From Bdellovibrionales bacterium (GTDB taxonomy: Bacteria > Bdellovibrionota > Bdellovibrionia > Bdellovibrionales > JAUICD01): a stretch of 64,000 nucleotides of DNA. The position numbers and the translations under genes were made by a program. The stretch is from the NCBI GenBank assembly GCA_965203275.1, contig OZ241865.1:2112001-2176000 (forward strand). The letters are read 5' to 3'. Numbering within the stretch: position 1 is the first letter of the stretch; the number at the start of each line of letters is the position of its first letter. The notes under the pieces are model-generated. The model ran no database searches. It was given only the letters and a program-made list of their open reading frames with translations, and had not been told where the DNA came from. Of the stretch, positions 10,031-20,791 are shown one piece after another.

Positions 10031-10906
10031 ATGTTTTTACTTCGAGAGCCTATTATTTTTTATCCCTTAATCACTGGCCTATTCACCCTAACTGTTTATT
10101 TTTACATAGATCGTATCTTAGCATGGCTACATGAAAAATCATTAGGTAGTAGAGAACATGTCCTTGACAAACTAGAAACTATGTTTGTTGAAACCAACAC
10201 AAAAAAAGTCACTGCGGCAATGATTGCCCTTAGCTTTGGTCCAGGTTTCTTAATATTTTTCGCCTTATTACCGAACCTTATTTTAGGGATTATTCTTGGC
10301 AGTATCATCACTATTGTGGGATGGCAAGTTCCTAAATTAGCTGTAGATTACTTGCTTAAGAAAAGATCAGCTCTGTTTGTGAATCAAATGATTGATGGAT
10401 TAACCCTTTTATCAAATGGTGTTAGAAGTGGATTGACAGTACCACAATCTATGGAACGCGTTGTAGAAAATTTACCTGCTCCAATCAGTCAAGAGTTTGG
10501 GCTAGTTTTATCACAAATGCGATTGGGACTCAGCTTAGAAGAAGCATTGAATAACTTAGGAGAGAGAATACCTATGCCAGATGTGCAAATGTTTGTCACA
10601 ACAGTCAACATTCTCAAAGAAACAGGTGGGGATATGTCAGAAACCTTCTCCATCATTGTAGAAACTATTCGTGAGAGACAAAAAGTGCAGAAAAAAGTCG
10701 AAGCCCTTACAGCACAAGGCATGATGCAAGGGATTATTATGAGCCTTGTGCCATTTTTCTTAATGGTGATGTTTTTGCTTTTTGATCCTGATTATATAAC
10801 GCCTATGTTTTCAACAACGTTAGGTATTATTATGCTTTTTATGATGCTCACTCTTCAAGTGATTGGAGGATTGGTTATTAAAAAAGTAGTCACTATAAAA
10901 GTGTAA
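10031..10906 (+). CDS. tadB: Flp pilus assembly protein TadB (T2SS F family)
   Basis: Follows tadA; L..GVRSG, PISQEF, ETGG..SE, KV.ALTAQG and TM helices. Confidence 0.88.
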   Translation: MFLLREPIIFYPLITGLFTLTVYFYIDRILAWLHEKSLGSREHVLDKLETMFVETNTKKVTAAMIALSFGPGFLIFFALLPNLILGIILGSIITIVGWQVPKLAVDYLLKKRSALFVNQMIDGLTLLSNGVRSGLTVPQSMERVVENLPAPISQEFGLVLSQMRLGLSLEEALNNLGERIPMPDVQMFVTTVNILKETGGDMSETFSIIVETIRERQKVQKKVEALTAQGMMQGIIMSLVPFFLMVMFLLFDPDYITPMFSTTLGIIMLFMMLTLQVIGGLVIKKVVTIKV

Positions 10907-10990
10907 GTATTTTGATTATTTTTAAATTTTTAAGAAAAAATTAATATTTTTTTTAAATATGACGAAAAAGATAAATAAGAGGTTATAACT

Positions 10991-12616
10991 ATGAAAAAAT
11001 ACATTCTCAGCTTTACAATGTTTTTTATGTTCTTGATTTCTTCAATAGCTTATGCAGCTATGGATACAAGGCTTGCTAACTATTTTGATTCGTGGACAGA
11101 TCTAGAATTTCCAGGAACTGGTTATAATCTAAAAATCACAAGAACATACAATAGTCGATCACTTTTCAATGGCATGTTTGGCTTTGGCTGGTGTTCTACT
11201 TTTGAAACTCGTTTTGAACTCCAAGCCGATGGTAGCATTAAACTCAAAGAATGCGGAGATGGACGAACAACAGTGTATGTTCCACAAAATTTCTCTAACC
11301 GCAATACCGATAGAGTCGTTCAACAAATTATCAATCAATCTCGAAAGAGAAGAAATCTCACTCAAAGACAAATACAAAATTTAAAGTCACAGCTGGTATC
11401 TAACTCTCAGTTACGTCAAAGATATGCTAGACAATATGGTATTAAGTCTCGTATCTTGCAAGGCCAAGCCTACCGTGCCTTAGGTAATTCAGTGGAAACC
11501 CTTGTGAAAAAAGGTACTTATTATGAACGCCTCTTACCAGATGGTACAAAACAACGATTTGATGCTCGAGGAAGATTAATGTACCTTTATGATAAAAATG
11601 GCAATTATGTACAGCTTGTTTACAAAAAAGACCTTATTTCTATTATCAAAGATAACAACAATCGACAGCTGGTTTTGAGTTATTATTCAAATAAAAAAGT
11701 CAGATTAATTCAAGGGCCAGGACGACTTAAGGTTTCCTATCGATATTCTGGCAGTGATTTAATCCATGTTGTATCCGCATGGGGCAACGCTTATGCTTAT
11801 GGATATGATAAATTACATAACCTCACTCGTGTCACATATCCTGATAAAAGTACAAAGATCATTGCTTATAATACAAATAAAGATTGGGTGACAAGTTTTA
11901 AAAGTCGAACAGGCTGTTTAGAAAATTATAAATACAACTTTTCGCCTAAGAATCCTCAAAACCACTATTGGACAGATGTCATAAAAAGATGTGAAAAGAA
12001 AGTAGTCACAAAAGCCCGATTTGAATACTGGTATCAACCACGTAAATTGACAACAGGTAAATTTTTAGCTAGAACACGTGCAAAGATCAACAACAATACA
12101 AATGATGTGTTCTTTTCTGAAAAATTTTCCAGACCTATTAAAACTGTCACCAATGGTCAAACAATAACTTTTGCTTATTACCCCAATGGACTACTTAAAA
12201 CACGTAAGTCTGCTGGAGAAGTTGTGGCATTTAAATACAATAAATTCAGTAAGCCTTCAGAGGTTGTGGTAGGTAATGTGAAAACATCCTTTAGATATGA
12301 TGGTAAAGGTAATATGGTACAAGCAGCTAGCACTAACGGTCAAAGGGTACAATTAACTTATGATCGTATGGGACGTATTTTAGCCTTATCTGATCAGGCA
12401 AAGCGACATGTTAAGATTATGTATGATGAGCGTTTTGGCAAGCCTAAAAGAATAGAGCGTCCCGGTGTAGGAACTCTGCACATAGCCTATAAACCTAATG
12501 GAGATATCAGAACAGTGAAGAATACAGGAGGTCCTACAGTAGCTAGGCAAGTGGCTTCTACATTCAATAATTTATTAGATGTGGTCTCACCCGCAGGGAT
12601 TGAATTAAATTTATAA
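10991..12616 (+). CDS. Secreted YD/RHS-repeat protein (Bd0109-like)
   Basis: RTYNSRS..GMFGFGW motif, many YD repeats, signal peptide, position after tadB. Confidence 0.85.
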   Translation: MKKYILSFTMFFMFLISSIAYAAMDTRLANYFDSWTDLEFPGTGYNLKITRTYNSRSLFNGMFGFGWCSTFETRFELQADGSIKLKECGDGRTTVYVPQNFSNRNTDRVVQQIINQSRKRRNLTQRQIQNLKSQLVSNSQLRQRYARQYGIKSRILQGQAYRALGNSVETLVKKGTYYERLLPDGTKQRFDARGRLMYLYDKNGNYVQLVYKKDLISIIKDNNNRQLVLSYYSNKKVRLIQGPGRLKVSYRYSGSDLIHVVSAWGNAYAYGYDKLHNLTRVTYPDKSTKIIAYNTNKDWVTSFKSRTGCLENYKYNFSPKNPQNHYWTDVIKRCEKKVVTKARFEYWYQPRKLTTGKFLARTRAKINNNTNDVFFSEKFSRPIKTVTNGQTITFAYYPNGLLKTRKSAGEVVAFKYNKFSKPSEVVVGNVKTSFRYDGKGNMVQAASTNGQRVQLTYDRMGRILALSDQAKRHVKIMYDERFGKPKRIERPGVGTLHIAYKPNGDIRTVKNTGGPTVARQVASTFNNLLDVVSPAGIELNL

Positions 12617-12700
12617 ATAATAATTAACAGATTAACCTTTTGTGATATTTAGGTAGTCTGTATAAGAAAATAGGATAAATTAAAAAAAAGGTAGGTCAAC

Positions 12701-12949
12701 ATGAGATTATTTATTTTATTAAGTTTTGTTTTAGCTTTTTTCTTTCTTCAAGGTCCACAGAGCTTAGCTCAAGAGCAACCTAATGGAGGACATGAAAGTA
12801 CATCCAGTCCTGATAGACTTTCTGCCACCCATGAAACAGATTGTCATAGTGTGGGTGATATTGCTTTGAATGACAACACAAATCCTGGAGGAGAAATTGT
12901 GAATGTTCCAGCACCTCGTTCAAATAGCAGACAAGGCGTGGGTAATTAA
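12701..12949 (+). CDS. Small secreted, probably disordered protein; positional Bd0108 (hit) analogue
   Basis: Signal peptide, low-complexity S/G/N/P body with one Cys, immediately downstream of the RHS gene. Confidence 0.6.
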   Translation: MRLFILLSFVLAFFFLQGPQSLAQEQPNGGHESTSSPDRLSATHETDCHSVGDIALNDNTNPGGEIVNVPAPRSNSRQGVGN

Positions 12950-12996
12950 CTTGGTATGTCTGTCTTTCATCTATTTGTACAAATCTGCTTCGAATG

Positions 12997-14100
12997 CTAG
13001 TTTTTATTAAAGTCAAAAGTATAATAAATGCTTTTTCCTTTAAGTATTGAAGGGAAAAGCCATGTTTTTAAATAATCTGTAATGCATTTCTGAAAACTCT
13101 TTAAATTAACTGTTTCATTTTGATTCATTTGCAATTGAGCCACTTGAATATTTTGAGCTTGACTTTTATCATCAACAATCCATGAAAGTGAAATACTTCC
13201 CTTAAATTCAGGGAAAAACTGAAGACCATTTTCATAACATCTTCTCAAAGAACCTTCCTCTTTAGAAATAATTAGTGCCAAAGCTTGCTGTTGATCTAAA
13301 GTCCAATTTTTATCATTTTTTTGAAATAATTGCTTTTGATCTGAACTCCCTTTATTTTTTCCTAAAGAAGCTATACTCACATCTTGATCACGCATTTTTA
13401 TATCTGGATGATAGTCTCCACCGCCTTCAAGCTGTGCCTGAGGTAGAGACGATGAAAATATCTCTTGAGTGTATACATTTTTGCTCTCACCTTCTGGAAA
13501 AGACTTATTTTGACTCTCTGGCAACAATACGTCAGGTTCTACATTTAAATTTAAATTTTGAGAATCTGGTTTTGTGGATTTAAGTACATCTAAAATACTA
13601 AGATGATTGATAGAGGTTGCTTTGTGATTTTCAATGACTGGCTTTTTATGGACTTCTAATACAGGGTAGTGACTGAGTGCAGGTTGAATGATCTGGGCTG
13701 TGATTTCTTTTTTTGTTTCTGTAGTCACCTCTATCAGAGTAGGAGAATAATCTTTTAAAATGAAATACCAACAAATACAAAAAGCTATCAAACAAGCTTG
13801 TATATAAGAAAAATAATCTTTTCTTAATGGATATTGCAGATCACATTGCAATTGTTGAGATGAGATATCTCCTTGTTTTAATTGACCTACTTGAGGAATA
13901 GGTATTCCTTGAGAAGGCATTTGACCAGATATAGACCCTAACACTTTATAGGAGGTTTGCTTTTGTGCGTAAAGTTTTGATTCTGCCCATAAATGAACAC
14001 GACCTGTTTTGAGACATTTTATAATAAAGCTGGGATAAGAATTCCAACAAAAAATTCTAATAACTCGACCATGTTTATTTTCAAGAAATAAATGTTTCAT
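12997..14100 (-). CDS. AgmX/PglI-type (GltG-like) protein with TonB-like C-terminal domain
   Basis: Single TM; C-terminal LRRCYENGL..P.FKG.I..W..CI...KTW.FP. Confidence 0.7.
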   Translation of the reverse strand: MKHLFLENKHGRVIRIFCWNSYPSFIIKCLKTGRVHLWAESKLYAQKQTSYKVLGSISGQMPSQGIPIPQVGQLKQGDISSQQLQCDLQYPLRKDYFSYIQACLIAFCICWYFILKDYSPTLIEVTTETKKEITAQIIQPALSHYPVLEVHKKPVIENHKATSINHLSILDVLKSTKPDSQNLNLNVEPDVLLPESQNKSFPEGESKNVYTQEIFSSSLPQAQLEGGGDYHPDIKMRDQDVSIASLGKNKGSSDQKQLFQKNDKNWTLDQQQALALIISKEEGSLRRCYENGLQFFPEFKGSISLSWIVDDKSQAQNIQVAQLQMNQNETVNLKSFQKCITDYLKTWLFPSILKGKSIYYTFDFNKN

Positions 14101-14109
14101 TTGCCTTAA

Positions 14110-14565
14110 TTAATATTTTTCAAAAGAATCTTTGATACGATCTCTAAAGTCTTTTCTAGGAACTAAAATTGTATTAGATAGTCTACTTTCAACTTTAAAA
14201 GGAGTTTTGTCAAAGTCATCATACCTCCCATAAATACTTCTCTTTTGAGAAAGCCTTTTAGGAGGAGGGTTTTCTGGGATTTCATTTTCTATTGATTTTT
14301 CCAAGTCTTCATCTGTAACTTCTACCAGGACTTCATCTGTAACTTCTACTGAGCCTTCTTCTGTAGTTTCTACCGGGACTCCTTCTGTAGCTTCTACTGG
14401 AAATCCTTCTGTAACTTCTACTGAGCCTCCTTCTGTAGTTTCTACCGGGACTCCTTCTGTAACTTCTACTAAACCTCCTTCTGTAACTTCTTGGGCTTGT
14501 AGAGTGTTTAAAAAACAAGTTAAACAACATACAACAAAACCTATAAATAAAATTTGGTTACTCAT
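14110..14565 (-). CDS. Secreted GltF/CglF-like protein with acidic 8-aa repeats
   Basis: C-terminal ILVPRKDFRDRIKDS; EVTEGxxV repeats; lies in the gliding operon. Confidence 0.55.
   Translation of the reverse strand: MSNQILFIGFVVCCLTCFLNTLQAQEVTEGGLVEVTEGVPVETTEGGSVEVTEGFPVEATEGVPVETTEEGSVEVTDEVLVEVTDEDLEKSIENEIPENPPPKRLSQKRSIYGRYDDFDKTPFKVESRLSNTILVPRKDFRDRIKDSFEKY
14305..14490. repeat. 24-bp intragenic tandem repeat (about 7-8 units)
   Basis: ccttctgtaacttctac-like units encoding (V)EVTEG. Confidence 0.85.
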
Positions 14566-14704
14566 AACTCATATCCTCTTTTTTTTATAAACGGCCTCAA
14601 AGATACAAAACCTACAAATTTACTTTATTCATTTTTTGTGTTTTTATGAAGTCTGGTATATCTAATAAAACTCCTTTTATTTTAACAAAAGTTTTATTAT
14701 ATTT

Positions 14705-17677
14705 CTAGTTTTTCTCTAACATAACTAGTCGTCTTTCTTTTAGATAAATAGCCATTGTCTCATAACCATGCGTGTCAGCTAGTTTAATAAGCTGATTTAT
14801 TTTTTCTATATCAAAAGGATCTTTGCGTATATCCTGTAAAATAGTTTTAATAGCTGGATGATAGTCTGATGCAATTTGTCTGTTAAGATTTTTATTATTA
14901 AAGCTCTCTAAAAATTTTTTTACAAGAGATGAATTATTTTTTGATAAATAATTCATAAGTGAAGATAAATGAGATTGAGCCATTCTTTTTGTAGCTCTAT
15001 TCATCTGTGTAAAATAATCTCTTAATTTTTGGGCAAGATGATCAGGACTGCTAAAAAGTTTTTGCATTTGAGAATCAATATGAGATGACTTTGTTTTATA
15101 TATAGCTGCTTGTTTTTCTAAAAGAGCCAAATGCTGTTGTTCTGTATCTGTATTTAATTCATTAGGTATAGCCATGAACATCAAATCACTATGGAGCCTT
15201 TGAGCTTCTCTTTTAGTCAAAGAAAGAGCAATCACTTGACTGATAAAATCCTTTAATTGTATGACAGCTATAGCTTTTTTTTCTAAAGTAGTAAATAAAT
15301 TAAATCTTTGTTTTAAATCATTTCCTACTTGTTGAGAGTTTGTTCTTATTTGATGTTGAGCTATTTTTTTTTCAAATAAGCTTAAATCTTTTAAGAGTTT
15401 ATCTCTTAAAAAAGTTTGATAAGCAGGTGTTTTACTGAACTGCTTTTGTTTTAATAACTGACTCATAATGTTTTTTTGTTGATCATTAAGATAATGTTCT
15501 AATAAAGCATCAGCAAATAGATTTGGGTTATGGAGTAACACACTTCGATGTTGTTGTGCAAAACGATGAGGGTTAGAAGCCTCTTGAAATAATTTTAAAG
15601 CGACTTCAAACTTCTTTTGTGTGTTTTCAGAGAGTTTTAAAAAATCTAAAGAATGTTTTGTATAATCTCTTCGAGCCAACTGAGCAAAAACAGCTAATTT
15701 AAGAGCTTGTTGAGCAGGGGTGATCTTTTGAGGTTTGACTTGTTGGGCTAGCTCATACATTGTAGGAAAGTCTAATATCAACTCTGACAAATAAAGCTTT
15801 CTGGAAAGAGCAAAGCTTTTATCTGCTGGGGATAAAGTTTTTATTTTCAATAGATGCTCTATAAATTGAAACTCATCAGATATGAGGCGAAGTTTACCTG
15901 CTAAAATAATTCTATTTTTATAATATTTAATTTTTTCATCATCACTAGCACCTGATAAATTTATACGATCAAGAGTTTGCCATGCTTGCTGAGCATTTTC
16001 AGATGCCATTTGATTCATAAGAGATACTCTATTAGCTTTAATAAAGTTTTGAGAGTCTTTTGGAAAAGCTTTTATGAATTCAAGAGATGTTTTTTCTAGC
16101 TCTTGATTATTTTGAAGTTTTGCAAATGAGTCTAAAGTCAGCAAGGCTGCTTGCATTTGAATCTTTTTATCTTTGGTAGAACCTTTTGTTTTAAGAAGAG
16201 CCACATTTTTTAAAGCTTGAGCTGCTTTTTTATAATCTTTTTCATCATAAAATAGTTTAGCATCGAGGTAAGAGACTTTAAGCCATTGGGTTTTTTGAAG
16301 ACTTGCTGTCATATAAGTTTTGTAAGCTTTTTTTAAAGCTACTTTATTTTTAGAAAGATCTGCAGCTGTGATATAATTAATTAAAATATCTTCTAAGAAA
16401 AGAGCTTCCTTTTGTTGTTGTGCTTTTGAGTTACTTTTTAAAGATGCTATTTTTTTTGCTTGTATTTGAAAGGTCAAGTCGTAGAGTTTGAGAGCAGCCT
16501 TCCATGATTTCAAGTTATGGGCAAGCTGAGCAGCTTGATATGTGATTTCTATATCATTGATAAACAATTTTAAATAATAGAGGTGAGCTTTTAGAAGATG
16601 CTCTGAGAATTTGTTGGGTTGGCTTTCTTTATACCAACGAGTAAGAGTTTGACGTGTATTATTTTTAAAATCTTGACACTTTGACCCTTTAAGGTTGCAG
16701 GTGTTATTCCAAATCTGGGTCATAGATTTTATTTCATAAATAGTAGCTTGAAATTGATTTGTTTCAAAAAAAAGCTGAAAGAGTTGAGCATGAGATTCTA
16801 ATTGTATAGTTTTATCTAATCCTTTTGATTGTAGTTCTTTCCATACCAAAATGGCTTTCTTTTTATGACCTAATCTTACAAGCTCATTGGCTAAATAGAT
16901 CAAATTATTTGTTCTTTTATTTTGGGGACTTAAGCTATAAAGTTGCTTGATCTCTTGACCTTGTGGGCTTTTTTTAGCTAAAAAAGTCGCTAGGTCGTAA
17001 GATATTTGTTCATGAAATAAGCTGGCTTGATTGTTTTTACTTTGATGGACTAATAGTTTAAAAAGATCACTTACGGCAAGGTCTATTTTGCCAAGACGGT
17101 AATTACACCAAGCTATTTTATATTTTGCTAAATTTTGATCTTCAAAATGGGCATTGATAGCTTCTAAAAAATAATCTTTAGATTTTTGAAACTGACCTTG
17201 TTTATAAAAAATCTCTCCAAGGGCTGCATAGACCTTTGCTTTAATAGCTTTTGATGTTTTTGTATTTTGTGCATTACGAATCACTTGATTATAGGCATGG
17301 ATGCCTTGTCTTTCATGGCCTAAGAGAGTATTGATATATCCTATTTGAAAGAAAATATGATCTTTTATTGAAGGGTCAACCTGATTTTTAACAGAGTGGT
17401 ATAAAGACAAAGCTCTTTTAAAATCCCCATGCCCTGCATGACACTGGCTTTTACAACCATTATTTATTTGACGAGATTCTTTTATTTTAGCTCTGTCCAC
17501 AAGAGCATCAGCTAATCTCAATGTAGAAGGTATTCTGAGAGGGTCTTGAGGTGATAAAGTTTTTAAAATATTATTAAAGCGGGTAATTAATTGATTCACA
17601 TCATCAAGAGAAGCCCATCCCACAATACAGTAACAGTAAATCAAAAATACAAGAAAATATTTAATAAAAATTTGCAC
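14705..17677 (-). CDS. Large secreted TPR protein (GltD/AgmU-like)
   Basis: TPR motifs (LGEIFYKQGQFQKS, YKIAWCNYRLG); co-oriented with exbB/exbD-like genes. Confidence 0.75.
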   Translation of the reverse strand: MQIFIKYFLVFLIYCYCIVGWASLDDVNQLITRFNNILKTLSPQDPLRIPSTLRLADALVDRAKIKESRQINNGCKSQCHAGHGDFKRALSLYHSVKNQVDPSIKDHIFFQIGYINTLLGHERQGIHAYNQVIRNAQNTKTSKAIKAKVYAALGEIFYKQGQFQKSKDYFLEAINAHFEDQNLAKYKIAWCNYRLGKIDLAVSDLFKLLVHQSKNNQASLFHEQISYDLATFLAKKSPQGQEIKQLYSLSPQNKRTNNLIYLANELVRLGHKKKAILVWKELQSKGLDKTIQLESHAQLFQLFFETNQFQATIYEIKSMTQIWNNTCNLKGSKCQDFKNNTRQTLTRWYKESQPNKFSEHLLKAHLYYLKLFINDIEITYQAAQLAHNLKSWKAALKLYDLTFQIQAKKIASLKSNSKAQQQKEALFLEDILINYITAADLSKNKVALKKAYKTYMTASLQKTQWLKVSYLDAKLFYDEKDYKKAAQALKNVALLKTKGSTKDKKIQMQAALLTLDSFAKLQNNQELEKTSLEFIKAFPKDSQNFIKANRVSLMNQMASENAQQAWQTLDRINLSGASDDEKIKYYKNRIILAGKLRLISDEFQFIEHLLKIKTLSPADKSFALSRKLYLSELILDFPTMYELAQQVKPQKITPAQQALKLAVFAQLARRDYTKHSLDFLKLSENTQKKFEVALKLFQEASNPHRFAQQHRSVLLHNPNLFADALLEHYLNDQQKNIMSQLLKQKQFSKTPAYQTFLRDKLLKDLSLFEKKIAQHQIRTNSQQVGNDLKQRFNLFTTLEKKAIAVIQLKDFISQVIALSLTKREAQRLHSDLMFMAIPNELNTDTEQQHLALLEKQAAIYKTKSSHIDSQMQKLFSSPDHLAQKLRDYFTQMNRATKRMAQSHLSSLMNYLSKNNSSLVKKFLESFNNKNLNRQIASDYHPAIKTILQDIRKDPFDIEKINQLIKLADTHGYETMAIYLKERRLVMLEKN

Positions 17678-17689
17678 TTTAACTTTCTC

Positions 17690-18184
17690 CTATTGAGGGG
17701 ATAGCTGGTCTGTTAAAACAACAAATTGCATGAGATGATATCCTGCTTGATGGCCTGCTAAAACAATATGATTAAGGTATTTGTATTGCGTTTTTTTGTC
17801 TGCTTCTAAAATAAGAGTCGATTCCTCTTCATTTAGGTTATTATTTTTTTTATGCTCTAATAATTTTTCAATAAGATTGTTTGAAAGTACTTGCTGTTTT
17901 TCAATAAAATATTGACCATTTTTAAATTGGACCGATATGTGGTGAGGGTTTAGCTTTGTTCCATTTTGTGCAGAAGGCAGTTGGATACCTTGAGTAGGAA
18001 TATCCCCTGAAACATTCATTAAAAGATAAACTACAAGGATAGAAAAAACATCAATCAAGGAGGTCAATATAAGAGGTGCTGTGAATGTTTTATTTTTTTT
18101 ACATAAATTATTATTTTTGATAAAGGTCATATTTTGAAGAGAGCTTTGAGAGGATGTATTTTGTAAGATGCTGTTTTTAATCAT
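17690..18184 (-). CDS. ExbD/TolR family protein (AglS/AglQ-like)
   Basis: LTSLIDVFSILVVYLL TM with conserved Asp; ADKKTQY. Confidence 0.85.
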   Translation of the reverse strand: MIKNSILQNTSSQSSLQNMTFIKNNNLCKKNKTFTAPLILTSLIDVFSILVVYLLMNVSGDIPTQGIQLPSAQNGTKLNPHHISVQFKNGQYFIEKQQVLSNNLIEKLLEHKKNNNLNEEESTLILEADKKTQYKYLNHIVLAGHQAGYHLMQFVVLTDQLSPQ

Positions 18185-18196
18185 TTTTTCTCCTTT

Positions 18197-18676
18197 TTAA
18201 ATAGGAAGAACTCCTAGTGAGTAAAGCCCTGCTTTTTTAATACAGTCCATAAGATCTATGACATCTTGATATGGAGCTTGAGGATATGGAATGACAATAG
18301 CCCGGGATAAATAGGGTATTTGCTCCATCAACGCTTCTAAATGCATTGCAATATTTTGATTATCGATTTGTGGAATACCATTTTGATTTGTCCACCCTGG
18401 GATCAAAAAATCGTGCCATTTTATATCAATATCCGGTGGAGGGCTTTGTAATGAAAGAGTCACTTGTCCATGGGTAGACATTTTAGCTAAAAGGGTTGTA
18501 TTTGTTGCTTGATCTGTTGTGTTCTGAGAAGATTGTGTTTCTATAGATGGTTGAACTTTTATAGAGGCCATTTGTGCCTGAAAGGCTGTAAGAAGTAAAA
18601 AACAAATACACACAGCGAGCATGCCGATAAATGAAATAATATTGAGGTCAAAGTCTAATGATTTTTTTGTTTTCAA
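18197..18676 (-). CDS. ExbD/TolR family protein; conserved TM Asp replaced by Gly
   Basis: DLNIISFIGMLAVCICFLLLTA; PYQDVIDLMD. Confidence 0.8.
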   Translation of the reverse strand: MKTKKSLDFDLNIISFIGMLAVCICFLLLTAFQAQMASIKVQPSIETQSSQNTTDQATNTTLLAKMSTHGQVTLSLQSPPPDIDIKWHDFLIPGWTNQNGIPQIDNQNIAMHLEALMEQIPYLSRAIVIPYPQAPYQDVIDLMDCIKKAGLYSLGVLPI

Positions 18677-19386
18677 GAGAAACCTCTTTTGACACTTGTA
18701 GGTAAATTTTCATCTGTGGAAGCAGGTTCGTAAGTATAACTAAGCCAGTTAAAAATTTTCAATGCACCTTGGTTAAGATCTTCGGAGAGAGTATTGGTGC
18801 GATTTTGTAAAATAGCGAACATAATCAGTGCCGGGATAGCCATAATCAAGCCATAAGCTGTGGTGTTCATAGCTTCTGAAATGCCTTGTGAAAGTAGTGT
18901 GGCTTTTTCTTCAGGGTTAGATATGCTGACAGCAGAAAAGGCTTTGATCATACCTACAATAGTACCTAAAAGTCCTGCTAATGTTCCTACATTACCTAGC
19001 ATAGATAAATAACCTGTTCTTTTTTCAATATGAGCTTGTTCTTCTAATAGAACTTCGTCCATTTTACCTTGGATTTCATTTTGGCCACCAGAATCTCTTG
19101 CAACTGTTGTTCCAGCAACAATAGCTCTAGCAATAGGATTTTCAAATCCTAATTTTTTAGCTTTTTCTAAAACTTTGTCTAAGTGGCCTTTGCGGATATC
19201 TTTTTCAAATATAAGGGCTATGTTTTTCTGAGTGAGGTTACGTTTGATATAGAGGACCCAAAGACGATCTATAATAATGATCACAGATATGATTTGAATG
19301 AAAAAAATAAACCACATCCAAAACCCACCTTGATGGAATTTTTCAGCAATATTATTGAATAAATTTAACAGGTCAAGTGATCTCAT
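18673..19386 (-). CDS. MotA/TolQ/ExbB proton channel (AglR-like)
   Basis: GLLGTIVGMIKAF..GISEAMNTTAYGL. Confidence 0.92.
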   Translation of the reverse strand: MRSLDLLNLFNNIAEKFHQGGFWMWFIFFIQIISVIIIIDRLWVLYIKRNLTQKNIALIFEKDIRKGHLDKVLEKAKKLGFENPIARAIVAGTTVARDSGGQNEIQGKMDEVLLEEQAHIEKRTGYLSMLGNVGTLAGLLGTIVGMIKAFSAVSISNPEEKATLLSQGISEAMNTTAYGLIMAIPALIMFAILQNRTNTLSEDLNQGALKIFNWLSYTYEPASTDENLPTSVKRGFS

Positions 19387-19537
19387 AAGAAACTCCTTTT
19401 TTGCATTTCCCTAATCATTTATTAACTTATAAAATGGCTTTATTCTCAAATAAATAAAGCATTTGATGTCGTAAACTCTCTTTAAGGCTTACGACTTATG
19501 GACCAATTGATTTTGCTTTCTTTTGACCTTGATAGTT

Positions 19538-20791
19538 TCAATCATGGAGGGCAAATGTGTCAGTGGCATGAACTTTTTTAGGAGGAGGCTTTTTCTTAGA
19601 GCTTCCAATTTGAGAAACTAACAACCCTGTCCCTATACCACCTAATATTATCCATAACCAAATATGCTGTTTAAAAAAACTCTTAGAAGATCTGTCCTGA
19701 TTTTTTGTCAAAAGGCCTTTTTTCATCATGCCTTTTGTCAGATCAGCCTTATTATTTGTATCAGAAAAACCACTGCCACTAGCTAAACTGGTTAAATTAA
19801 AAGAGAGTTTCTTATCAGAATCTGCAAATGCAATCATATCAGAAGGATCAGAAGTAGATACCTTCTGATCTCTATTTTGTTCTTGAATGTTCTTATTGTT
19901 TTTATTTGTTTTCTTATCTATTACATGTATGCTTTTATCTACATAACTTTTATCTAAAGCACCCGTATTGTTTTGATGATCTTTTTGATGATCTTCAAAA
20001 GGATAAAGCTCTCTATGATCAACAGAAGAACCTTTTAAAAGGATTTTTTGTGGTAAAGGATTTGCTTCTGCTAAGATCTGAGAAGGCTTAAAAGGATAAA
20101 TGATTAAATTTTGACCATTTAAAACCATTGATAAAAAAGGCTCTTGATAAGAAGTCAGAGGATTATTTTGTTGAGGATTGTCTTCTATTAAACTCACCCG
20201 ATATTTTAATTGAGGATGAATTTTGCGAGAAAAACCCAATCTATCAAATATCTCTCCGTTGATCACAATATATTTGACATCTTCTGGTAAGTTTTCCCCA
20301 TACCATGAAGAAGTTTTTGCTTGATATTCTTTATGTTTATTTTTAACCCATTTTACAAATTGAGGGGGAAATAATTTTTCATCGATAAAAACCTCCTCAT
20401 TAAATGCTAAAAACTCATTAACCCATTTATAGCGATAAAGCTCATCCATCTGTGCAAGTCTTAAATAAGCAGTCGATAATATCTTTCTCTCCATTGTATT
20501 CCAATCTCTTAAAAAGCTTAATTCTACAATTTGCTTTAAAGAATATTGAGCTTTTTGAAATTCAAAATTCAAATATTGCTTTTGAAACTTTACAAATAAA
20601 GCCTTTAATTTTTGAGAATGCAAATGTTCCTGACTCAATGCCATTTTAATCTCTGCAAAATAAGCACTATTTTGAGTATTTTGAATATTTTGAATATTTT
20701 GAATATTTTGAATAGATAAACATCTCTGAGGAGGAAAAGTCATCCCTATAATTGATAAAAAAACCACAATATTTGTTTTAAAGGTCTTCAT
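19538..20791 (-). CDS. Hypothetical secreted protein with a C-terminal TM anchor
   Basis: Long ORF, signal-like N-terminus with IQN x4 (9-bp repeat), C-terminal TM. Confidence 0.7.
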   Translation of the reverse strand: MKTFKTNIVVFLSIIGMTFPPQRCLSIQNIQNIQNIQNTQNSAYFAEIKMALSQEHLHSQKLKALFVKFQKQYLNFEFQKAQYSLKQIVELSFLRDWNTMERKILSTAYLRLAQMDELYRYKWVNEFLAFNEEVFIDEKLFPPQFVKWVKNKHKEYQAKTSSWYGENLPEDVKYIVINGEIFDRLGFSRKIHPQLKYRVSLIEDNPQQNNPLTSYQEPFLSMVLNGQNLIIYPFKPSQILAEANPLPQKILLKGSSVDHRELYPFEDHQKDHQNNTGALDKSYVDKSIHVIDKKTNKNNKNIQEQNRDQKVSTSDPSDMIAFADSDKKLSFNLTSLASGSGFSDTNNKADLTKGMMKKGLLTKNQDRSSKSFFKQHIWLWIILGGIGTGLLVSQIGSSKKKPPPKKVHATDTFALHD

